Shown here piece after piece: positions 56,343-64,000 of a stretch of DNA of 64,000 bases. Below the pieces are notes generated by a model, which saw only the letters and a program-made list of their open reading frames with translations, ran no database searches and had not been told where the DNA came from. The stretch's first letter is position 1. Every line of letters begins with the position of its first letter. Both the position numbers and the translations under genes were made by a program. Source of the DNA: Minisyncoccota bacterium (lineage in GTDB: Bacteria; Patescibacteriota; Minisyncoccia; JBAYJV01); assembly GCA_041664925.1 (NCBI GenBank), contig JBAYJV010000002.1, forward strand, positions 136,302-200,301, in the 5' to 3' direction.

Positions 56343-56855
56343 TTATAAAGCTTTAAATGTTTTTACGATTCCGACGGCTTCATCCATACCCAAATCATCT
56401 GTAAATCCGTACCAGCGCGGGGGAGTAGCAAAAATAAATTTTTGATTTCGTCCGACCTCGCTTGGTCCAATTGGTGCAGCGCTAACCGCAATTTTTTCTT
56501 CAGTAACTAATTTCCAAACATCTGGCGTAAAAACCATTATGGGAATATCTTGCCAATGTTTTGCTCCTGTCCAATTCGGATTTCTAAAAACAATTTCCGG
56601 TCCACTATATTGCTTAGCGGTCTCAGAAGTGCCAGAAATATCTTGACCAGTCCATGTATTGTTTAAAACAGTATACCCCTTCCATGAGTCAGAGAAAGTC
56701 ATTTCGAATCCATATTCTTGATTGTTATATGTCTGTGTCTGAATAACTGGCTGTGTTTTTATTCCAAGATAACGCGCTATACCAATCCAAGCTAAGGCAA
56801 TAAAAATAATAATTATTATGGCCACTAATATATTTTTTTTACTAAACTTGTTCAT
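56343..56855 (-). CDS. Membrane-anchored hypothetical protein
   Basis: N-terminal TM helix followed by a Trp/Thr-rich domain. Confidence 0.45.
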   Translation of the reverse strand: MNKFSKKNILVAIIIIIFIALAWIGIARYLGIKTQPVIQTQTYNNQEYGFEMTFSDSWKGYTVLNNTWTGQDISGTSETAKQYSGPEIVFRNPNWTGAKHWQDIPIMVFTPDVWKLVTEEKIAVSAAPIGPSEVGRNQKFIFATPPRWYGFTDDLGMDEAVGIVKTFKAL

Positions 56856-56890
56856 ATTGATAAATATTTACAAATATATTTGTTGAATTA

Positions 56891-57502
56891 TCATCTCCTT
56901 GCGGATGTCCAGGCTTTTTTCCACCAATCACTTGGATTTTGCGTTTTTATTTCTTTAGCGATTTTTTTGGCTAACGCCGTTGACATCATCTTTTCATGCT
57001 GGCTTTGTTTATTTTTTGCGCCCAGCCAAATGCTCGCTTCTTTATTGCCTTGCCATTCGTACTCTCGTAATAAAAAAATCTGATCAAGCAGATCAGCATC
57101 TTTGGCTATTTTTGCTTCAATTGTCTTTCTCTCGTCATATTCCTTAGAAAGTTGCCTCAAGTCTTCAGTTCCCGATAATTCAGAAAATTGTTCACTTCTA
57201 ATTTCATCTTCAAATATTTTCGTATATTTTTTATGGATCCAATTATGATCGCCGCTTCTTACTTCTTCTATGTCGTGCATTAAGCACATTTTTAAAACTT
57301 TGTCAGCATTTGCCTTTAAATTTTTTGCCAAAAAATATCCTACCCAAGCAACCCTAAAAGAATGAGTGGCAATATTATCGGTAAGGTCGCTGGCAAGCAA
57401 TGTTTGCTGATGGCCTCTGATAATCTTTCTCAGATTGCCAATCTCATATAGAAATGCTGTTAATCTTTTAATTTGATTTGAATTCATGTTGTACTTTATC
57501 AT
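56891..57502 (-). CDS. HD-domain phosphohydrolase (YfbR-like 5'-deoxynucleotidase family)
   Basis: 'THSFRVAWVGYFLA' and 'CLMHDIEE' His/Asp metal ligands. Confidence 0.65.
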   Translation of the reverse strand: MIKYNMNSNQIKRLTAFLYEIGNLRKIIRGHQQTLLASDLTDNIATHSFRVAWVGYFLAKNLKANADKVLKMCLMHDIEEVRSGDHNWIHKKYTKIFEDEIRSEQFSELSGTEDLRQLSKEYDERKTIEAKIAKDADLLDQIFLLREYEWQGNKEASIWLGAKNKQSQHEKMMSTALAKKIAKEIKTQNPSDWWKKAWTSARR

Positions 57503-57586
57503 TCTATCACGCGATAATTTTTAAATCTATACCCAGAATATTATAAATACAAAAAACTCGCGACCTATGTCGCGAGCGAATATCTC

Positions 57587-57874
57587 TTAAGTAACTAATT
57601 GACAACCACTTGCTGTTTTTCTCGGAAAAATCTTTTGAATCTGGAATGAAAAGTACCGAAGAAGATCTAGTATCAACCAACCCCTAGTGACACACTTAGG
57701 ATCTTCTAAGAACTTCAACTCTGGAGTAAGCCTCACAATAATCCGTCCATCGGAAGCCAAGGCAATAGCCTGGCCATGATAACGAATTGACCAACCAGCA
57801 ATTCCATCAGTACATTTGCGCGGCTCAGACCACACAGTCACTTTGTGTCCAATAACACCATTTTGCTCCCTCAT
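57587..57874 (-). CDS. Hypothetical 95-aa protein
   Basis: RBS ggaggaagtATG; terminator ctcgcgacataggtcgcgag + T6. Confidence 0.4.
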   Translation of the reverse strand: MREQNGVIGHKVTVWSEPRKCTDGIAGWSIRYHGQAIALASDGRIIVRLTPELKFLEDPKCVTRGWLILDLLRYFSFQIQKIFPRKTASGCQLVT

Positions 57875-58073
57875 ACTTCCTCCTTTTTCTGCGATTCATC
57901 TTAACTAAACCGCTTTTATTAAAATCTTATAACTTAAATATCTATATGTCAAGAGTTTAGCTATTTTAGCTATTTTTTCTATTTTCATCTCTTCTGTTGC
58001 AATTTGAATTATTTATGTTATAATTTTCAGACCTTATTATTTTGCCTTTCAGGTTTTTTATAAAACCTATATT

Positions 58074-59864
58074 ATGGAAATCAGAAATATTGCCATTATT
58101 GCCCATGTTGATCATGGAAAGACCAGTTTAACCGACGCTTTATTGCGCCAGGCTGGTTTGGTATTGGAGGGAGTAACGATGGATTCCAATGCATTGGAGT
58201 TGGAGCGGGGGATTACGATTTATTCGAAAAATGCTTCTATTTATTATAAAAATACAAAAATTAATATAGTGGACACTCCCGGCCACGCTGATTTCGGTTC
58301 TGAAGTAGAACGAGTTTTGCGCTCAATTGATTCGGTTCTTTTGGTCGTTGATGCTCAGGAAGGCCCGATGCCTCAAACAAAATTCGTTTTGAAAAAATCT
58401 CTAGAACTTGGTTTGAAGCCAATTCTGGTTATTAATAAAATCGATAAACCAGCAGCCCGTCCTCACTGGGTGCATGATAAAGTTTTTGAACTTTTTTACG
58501 ATCTCGGAGCTACCGAAGAACAGCTTAATTTTACTTGTCTTTATGCAATTGCCCGAGAGGGAATTGCCAAGCTTGAATTAAAAGATCAATCAAGTGACTT
58601 GACTCCGCTCCTAGAAACTATCCTAGAAAAAATTCCATCATCCTCTAGTGACAAATTAAGTAAGCAACCATTAAGATTTCAGCCATTTAATTTAGGTTAT
58701 GATAATTTTATGGGCCGATTGGCTATTGGTAGGATTTATGAGGGCGTTGCCAAGGCAGGAGATAATGTTTTTATAAAAAAATCTTCAAATGAAATTAGAA
58801 CCGGTAAAATTACCAAAATATTTTCTTTTTCTGGATTAAAGAGAGAAGAAGTTAAAGAAGCAGTCGCTGGAGATATCGTCATGATTACCGGTCTTCCTGA
58901 TGTTTATATTGGCGAAACAGTTTGCACCGACAAAGATCAAGAACCTTTGCCGTCAATTAATATTGACGAACCAACTATTACTTTAAATTTTTTAGTAAAT
59001 AATTCCCCGTTCGCAGGACAAGAGGGAAAGTTTGTCACCATTAGACAGGTTAGAGAAAGACTAAAAAGAGAACTTGAGGTCAATGTAGGTTTAAAAATAG
59101 ATTTTTCTGAAACTAACTATTTTAAAGTTTCTGGAAGAGGGGAGTTACATATTGCAATATTATTAGAAAATATGAGACGCGAAGCCTATGAACTTCAGGT
59201 TTCACAACCTCAAGCAATTATAAAAGAAGTAGATGGAATAAAAATGGAACCGTTTGAAGAAGTTACTATTGATGTCCCAAACGAATCTTCGGGCGTAGTC
59301 ATTGAAAGACTTTCAAAAAGAAAAGGATCAATGACAGATATGAGACCAGAACAAAATCATACAAGAATAGTCTTTGAAATACCAACTAGAGGATTGTTGG
59401 GTTATCGGAGCGAATTTGTCATTGCCACCAAGGGTGAAGGCATACTTTGTAGCCAATTTATTGGATTTAAACCATTTGTTGGCGAGATTGAAAAACAAGA
59501 TGTCGGTTCAATGATCTCGATGGCAACTGGCAAAGCCCTAGCTTTTGCTCTGTGGAATTTGCAAGATAGAGGAACTTTATATATTGGAGCCGGCACCGAA
59601 GTTTATGAAGGCATGGTTATCGGTAATACCTCAAAAAATGATTCTTTGACCGTCAACCCGACTAAGGGAAAACATCTCACCAATGTTCGCGCTAGTTGCG
59701 CTGATGATGCAATTATTCTTACTCCGCCATTTGATCTTACTTTGGAAAGAGGACTAGAAATAATGAAAGAAGATGAATATATGGAAGTCACGCCAAAGAA
59801 TGTTAGGCTGCGAAAGAAAATTTTAACCAAACTCGATCGAGTCCGCGAAGATAGGAAAAAATAA
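58074..59864 (+). CDS. bipA: Translational GTPase TypA/BipA
   Basis: '[19 protein letters not shown]', 'DTPGHADF', 'NKIDK'; 596 aa, EF-G-like domains. Confidence 0.9.
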   Translation: MEIRNIAIIAHVDHGKTSLTDALLRQAGLVLEGVTMDSNALELERGITIYSKNASIYYKNTKINIVDTPGHADFGSEVERVLRSIDSVLLVVDAQEGPMPQTKFVLKKSLELGLKPILVINKIDKPAARPHWVHDKVFELFYDLGATEEQLNFTCLYAIAREGIAKLELKDQSSDLTPLLETILEKIPSSSSDKLSKQPLRFQPFNLGYDNFMGRLAIGRIYEGVAKAGDNVFIKKSSNEIRTGKITKIFSFSGLKREEVKEAVAGDIVMITGLPDVYIGETVCTDKDQEPLPSINIDEPTITLNFLVNNSPFAGQEGKFVTIRQVRERLKRELEVNVGLKIDFSETNYFKVSGRGELHIAILLENMRREAYELQVSQPQAIIKEVDGIKMEPFEEVTIDVPNESSGVVIERLSKRKGSMTDMRPEQNHTRIVFEIPTRGLLGYRSEFVIATKGEGILCSQFIGFKPFVGEIEKQDVGSMISMATGKALAFALWNLQDRGTLYIGAGTEVYEGMVIGNTSKNDSLTVNPTKGKHLTNVRASCADDAIILTPPFDLTLERGLEIMKEDEYMEVTPKNVRLRKKILTKLDRVREDRKK

Positions 59865-59937
59865 TAAATATTTAATAAAAAATCTTCTCATCTAGAGAAG
59901 ATTTTTTTTGTTTTTTATTAAATATAAATTGTGAAGA

Positions 59938-60699
59938 TCAAGGACACCGTCTGCAAGTTCCCGTCCAACCCGAATAAACTTGGTTGGGATGAACTGGAAA
60001 ACATAATCCGGGCACTCTGATTTCTTGTCCTCCGATATAATAACTTCCTGAACAATACCACATATGACCGCAATTCGTAGAGATACATCCGCTATTATCG
60101 TTGCCGCCAGTACAACAATAAACTCCAGCTGTGCCATTTGAACAATTGCTATTTATGCGACTTGTATGCGCAGTACTTTCCGAACACGTATAACAATCTC
60201 CATTGGTACCATAAAGACCGCTTTTTCCATTAGCCATACAAGCTGCACCATATGTATGATTTCCTGTAATATTATCAATGTCTATTTTTGGTAACTTTAT
60301 ATATCCCGCCTGAGATAGTCCAATAACAACAAAAATACAAATAGTAATTGCAATGGGAATTATTTGCGCCGCTTTAGATTGTTTTGATATTACTGGTGTC
60401 GGCGATTGGTTTGTTCCATTGCTTTTTTTCTTTGTATCATCTTTTAATCCGCCAAACGCAATATATAAAAAGCCTCTCCAAATTCCTATTAAAACTAGAT
60501 AATACAAGACCAGTCCTACGACAGCATAAATAATACTTCCTTTTAATAAATTGAGAATATTTTCGGACGATAAATTATTGATATCTATTTTCCCATTAAA
60601 AAAGAATACTAAAAACAATAACGGAAAGAGGGCTAAAAATAGTATTTTTGCAACCCTATAATACCACTTATTTTCTAATGATGATTTTTTTATTGACAT
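59938..60699 (-). CDS. Membrane protein with Cys/Gly/Thr/Asn-rich C-terminal extracellular domain
   Basis: Two TM helices, then a low-complexity Cys-rich tail (about 20 Cys). Confidence 0.45.
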   Translation of the reverse strand: MSIKKSSLENKWYYRVAKILFLALFPLLFLVFFFNGKIDINNLSSENILNLLKGSIIYAVVGLVLYYLVLIGIWRGFLYIAFGGLKDDTKKKSNGTNQSPTPVISKQSKAAQIIPIAITICIFVVIGLSQAGYIKLPKIDIDNITGNHTYGAACMANGKSGLYGTNGDCYTCSESTAHTSRINSNCSNGTAGVYCCTGGNDNSGCISTNCGHMWYCSGSYYIGGQEIRVPGLCFPVHPNQVYSGWTGTCRRCP

Positions 60700-61002
60700 A
60701 GTTTTATTACTTTTCCTTTGCGAATTATTGAGCTTAGAAAAAGTTGTACCATTTCGAAGTTTTAACGAAGAATGGTTATATCCGTCCGTAGTTCTGAGCC
60801 TGTCAAAGAACGAAGAAGGATTAAGTTAAAAATTATTATTTCTACGCTACTACATTATACAATAATAAAAATAAAATCACTAACGTTAGACACTCAGTGT
60901 CTAACGTTTGGTGTCTGTGTCTAACATTTGGTGTTTAATATCAAAAATAAGTAGATTTATCTCGCCGAAGTTTATAGAACGATATTGGGACTTGTTTAAC
61001 AC

Positions 61003-62094
61003 TTAACAACCGTATCTCTTTAACTCTTTTTTGGCATTTTTTATAAACTTTCCGAACTGACGGTCTTTTTTTCTTTTTTCTAATTTAGTCATCTCGTAGT
61101 GCTCAGCTTCCCTCTTTAGATTAACGTAGTTGGAATATTTGTCCATATCTAAATTGCCAGACCTTAATGCAGATAATACCTCGCATCCAGGTTCGTGAAT
61201 ATGTGTGCAGTCAGCATATCTACATTTTTTAGCAAGAATAATTATCTCATCAAATAAATTATCTATACCAACGCCCGTATCCGTCATTCCTACTTCACGT
61301 AGTCCAGGATTATCTATCACAATGCCTCCGTTTTCTAAAAAATACATTTCTCTATTAGTTGTAATATGTTTTCCTTTACCAGTGTGGGAACTTATGTTTT
61401 CAGTTTTTATAATATTTTCCCCAAGTAATTTATTAATTAGTGAAGATTTTCCAACTCCAGACGAACCTAAAAAACAATATGTCTTTCCTTTTTTAATATA
61501 CATTTTTAATTTATCTAACCCTTCATCAGTTATGGTGCTTGTAAAAATAAAATCAACTCCACAAAATCTATTTTCTATCTGAGCTAATTTTAAATCCAAT
61601 TCTTCTTTGGATATCAAATCTATTTTATTTAGTATAATGACAGGTTTTATAACTCCAGCACTTGCATTTGCTATAGCAAAATATCTTTCAAAACGATTCA
61701 AATTATAATCCCTGTCAACTGATTCAATGGTAAATGCTACGTCAATATTTGTTGCTATAATTTGAACTTCATCTTTGCCACTGCATTTCCTTTTTATTAT
61801 TGTTCTTCTTGGTAATACTCCATGAATTACTGCTCGTTCTTTATTTGTTTCACTAATTACCACCCAGTCGCCTACAGCAGGATAATCTTCTCTTGATGTA
61901 GCATTAAACATTTGTTTTCCCGTTATTTTTGCAAAGTATTCGCCATTCACATTTTTAACCTTATAAGCGCCTTTATATTCAGCGACTACCCGCGCAACTG
62001 AAAAATTATCCAATTTTAATTTTTTACGATTAGATTCAAAAAATGTGTCGTAGCCAAGATCTTCTATTTTTATTTTTTTAACTTCGCTATTCAT
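61003..62094 (-). CDS. rsgA: Ribosome small-subunit-dependent GTPase A (circularly permuted GTPase, C-terminal zinc finger)
   Basis: G4-G1-G3 order 'NKIDL...GSSGVGKSSLIN...DNPG', 'CRYADCTHIHEPGC'. Confidence 0.85.
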   Translation of the reverse strand: MNSEVKKIKIEDLGYDTFFESNRKKLKLDNFSVARVVAEYKGAYKVKNVNGEYFAKITGKQMFNATSREDYPAVGDWVVISETNKERAVIHGVLPRRTIIKRKCSGKDEVQIIATNIDVAFTIESVDRDYNLNRFERYFAIANASAGVIKPVIILNKIDLISKEELDLKLAQIENRFCGVDFIFTSTITDEGLDKLKMYIKKGKTYCFLGSSGVGKSSLINKLLGENIIKTENISSHTGKGKHITTNREMYFLENGGIVIDNPGLREVGMTDTGVGIDNLFDEIIILAKKCRYADCTHIHEPGCEVLSALRSGNLDMDKYSNYVNLKREAEHYEMTKLEKRKKDRQFGKFIKNAKKELKRYGC

Positions 62095-62328
62095 AAAATA
62101 ATGTTTATCCTTTTACTTTATCAAAAAATCGTCTTAATTAAAAGACGACTTTTGTTGGTTCTCGAGGATGGATTTATCTCGCCGAAGTTTTTTCGACCTT
62201 CCGAAGTTTTAACGAAAGAAGTGTGTAGGCGGACGATTATCCCTGTCTGCCTTGAGCAGAGAACGTTTGGAGGATAAAAAAAGCCCTGGACGAATGTTTC
62301 GCCAAGGGCTGAAGCTCTGAAACAACTA

Positions 62329-62742
62329 TTACTTTTCGGGTTCGACTGCAATAACCCAATACAACTTATTACCCGCTTGAGCACAATGAATAATGGTCAC
62401 TTTGTCGTTTTCAAAAATAATATATGGATTTTTGAATGTAGGATCATATTCATCTTCACGCAAGCTAGTTGAACAACCCCAGACGCCATCAGTGTCAGAT
62501 ACATTAAAGCCTGCAAATGTGTTTCCCGGATCATCTCGATAAACTGTAATCGATGGTTTGTCAGCTCTATCCGATTCCAGTCTTTGTCCAGTTCGCACTT
62601 CCGGTTTGAATCCACGATCCTCATTCGCAGCGACAAAAGCATACCTTTTTCCAGTAAGCAACTGCTGAAGTAAATTTGCTACATCGTCAATGTTCAAAAT
62701 AGTCAGCATACCTCTCCAGCGTAGATCAAGCCCCTTTTTCAT
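62329..62742 (-). CDS. Hypothetical protein
   Basis: Promoter TTGACA-17-TAGGAT-6-AGTTCTAAAAAGGAAG; terminator agcccttggcgaaacattcgtccagggc + T-run. Confidence 0.45.
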   Translation of the reverse strand: MKKGLDLRWRGMLTILNIDDVANLLQQLLTGKRYAFVAANEDRGFKPEVRTGQRLESDRADKPSITVYRDDPGNTFAGFNVSDTDGVWGCSTSLREDEYDPTFKNPYIIFENDKVTIIHCAQAGNKLYWVIAVEPEK

Positions 62743-62817
62743 CTGTTTTTCTCCTTTCTTCCTTTTTAGAACTATCCGTATCCTATCATATACACGTTAT
62801 AATGTCAATGGTTAGGT

Positions 62818-63159
62818 TTATTTCTTCCAATACCTAAGCTGTCCTAAAAATAAAAATACTGCAAATAACACAGAAAGAAACAGAACAGAAAGCTCCGTAA
62901 GCAAGAATCCTAAATCAACTAAATCTTCTTTTCCAGAAAATCTCAGCAAAAACCCTAGCCCAAAGAACATAATAGGACATATAAATATAATACTTTCTTT
63001 TATGTTTCTCTTGAATTTCTTAAAAATAATTAAGGTCAAATAAGAGAATAATCCTGAAAGAAAAATTGTTGTGATTAGTTGTAGTTTTGTCATTAACTGC
63101 AGTATAGAATTTAATAATATATATGCAAGTTTAAAGAATATATTACTCATAAATAACAA
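62818..63159 (-). CDS. Small membrane protein
   Basis: 3 TM helices. Confidence 0.45.
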   Translation of the reverse strand: MLFMSNIFFKLAYILLNSILQLMTKLQLITTIFLSGLFSYLTLIIFKKFKRNIKESIIFICPIMFFGLGFLLRFSGKEDLVDLGFLLTELSVLFLSVLFAVFLFLGQLRYWKK

Positions 63160-63547
63160 AAAGCCACGTCAATCGTGGCTTCTTGAAAAAAACTCGCTTG
63201 TTTATACTGAGCTTGTCGAAGTGCTTGTGCTGCTTGTCCTGAGTATATCGAAGGAAGCGAAGTCGAAATACTTATACTGAGCGAAGTCGAAGTAGGCGGA
63301 CGATTATCCTTGTTTGTCTTGGACAAAAAGCGTTTGAAGAATAAAAAAAAGGGAGATGGCATATTCTCCCCGTGGCGTACTTATGGAACTGCTTTAGCGT
63401 CCCGCCATGGCGCATTGCCATCTCCATGCCAAGTTACTCTAACTAGTATTTTCGCTTGGCATAATTTTATCTTATATTAAAAAAATAGTTTGTCAATAGT
63501 AATATGGTTAAACATCAAAAAAACCACCCTTCCTCAGAAACCAAGTC

Positions 63548-63817
63548 TTAATTTTCTGCATCTTTTAAACTCTCTTTTAACATCAATTTTAAAGTTCTTT
63601 TGCCGTCTGTGGTTTTGAAATATTTTTCACGCCTCATAGCGTCTTTTTTAGAAAGAAAATATTCACAAAAAACCAAACAAAAAGGCCTCCTGAAAGCGGT
63701 GCTTTTTGAATGACCATGAAAATGTTCGGTCAGTCGTCTTTTTAAATTAGTCGTAAAGCCAATATACAATTTACTGTCTTTCTGACTATATAAAACATAA
63801 ACACAAAACATTTTCAT
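63548..63817 (-). CDS. GIY-YIG nuclease-domain protein (second copy)
   Basis: 'VYVLYSQKDSKLYIGFTTNLKRRLTEH'; sits next to tRNA-Asn. Confidence 0.65.
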   Translation of the reverse strand: MKMFCVYVLYSQKDSKLYIGFTTNLKRRLTEHFHGHSKSTAFRRPFCLVFCEYFLSKKDAMRREKYFKTTDGKRTLKLMLKESLKDAEN

Positions 63818-63903
63818 GTTAAAAACAAAAACACACCCTTAAAGTCGTTAAGCAGAGCCTTCGGCACGCTTCACGACCATGAAGTGTGCTTTGCTCTACT
63901 TCA

Positions 63904-63978
63904 TGGCTCCCGGGGGCGGACTCGAACCACCGACATCCTCGTTAACAGCGAGGCGTTCTACCGCTGAACTACCCGGGA
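63904..63978 (-). tRNA. tRNA-Asn (anticodon GTT), CCA encoded
   Basis: Reverse complement folds as a cloverleaf: acceptor TCCCGGG/CCCGGGA, D-arm GTTCAGCGGTAGAAC, anticodon loop CTGTTAA, T-arm GGTGGTTCGAGTCCGCC, GCCA 3' end. Confidence 0.8.
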
Positions 63979-64000
63979 ATATTTTACATCAATTGGATGT

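Noticed and set aside
1-64000. CRISPR arrays, transposases/IS elements, rRNA genes, prophage structural genes
   Set aside because: No regularly spaced direct repeats of 25-40 nt with unique spacers. No DDE/serine/tyrosine recombinase-like ORFs. No rRNA-like conserved stretches. The GIY-YIG ORFs are too small to be confident mobile-element nucleases

Overview
This window is low-GC and gene-dense, with a small-genome, CPR/Patescibacteria-like character. The evidence is short housekeeping proteins, an Mfd that keeps only its CarD-like and helicase modules, and canonical TTGACA/TATAAT promoters with GGAGG ribosome-binding sites. Recognisable housekeeping genes: dus, mfd, pth, an LCP-family protein, lepB, hisS, rpsU, yqeY, two def genes, priA, plsC, uvrA, ychF, prmC, rlmE, bipA, rsgA, an HD hydrolase, two DedA proteins and a SIMPL protein. 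There are two tRNAs, Leu-TAA (+) and Asn-GTT (-). The most striking feature is a higher-GC island of about 17 kb (about 25.3 to 42.5 kb). It opens with an NrtR-type Nudix regulator and four copies of a TTAGTGT-N7-AC operator. On one side NrtR is transcribed divergently from a pnuC plus NMN adenylyltransferase/ribosylnicotinamide kinase (NadR-like) pair. On the other side is a long co-directional cluster encoding most of the NAD salvage pathway: two PncA-like amidases, PncB, NadD, NadE, an NadK-like enzyme and a Prs-like enzyme. Interleaved with these are a vWA / PP2C / atypical-kinase triad of the TerY-P type, Nudix hydrolases, a nucleoside deoxyribosyltransferase-like (NDT)-Nudix fusion and a NADAR protein. 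I read this as an NrtR-gated NAD/ADP-ribose recycling island under phospho-signalling control, probably acquired horizontally; I do not know this combination as a described system. The window is also unusually rich in structured non-coding sequence. There are several GC-rich candidate ncRNAs, each with its own sigma70-like promoter and intrinsic terminator, that I cannot assign to a known family. A four-copy composite element (terminator plus two hairpins) shows compensatory base changes. Modular conserved 5' leaders recur in front of unrelated genes, and a 130-nt AT-rich repeat sits upstream of three housekeeping genes. A small metal-homeostasis locus has a CsoR-like repressor with a palindromic operator, a MerT/HMA-like membrane protein and two short Cys-rich peptides, one with a metallothionein-like CKC pattern. 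No CRISPR array, transposase or rRNA was seen. All coordinates were read by eye from the printed sequence and may be off by a few bases.
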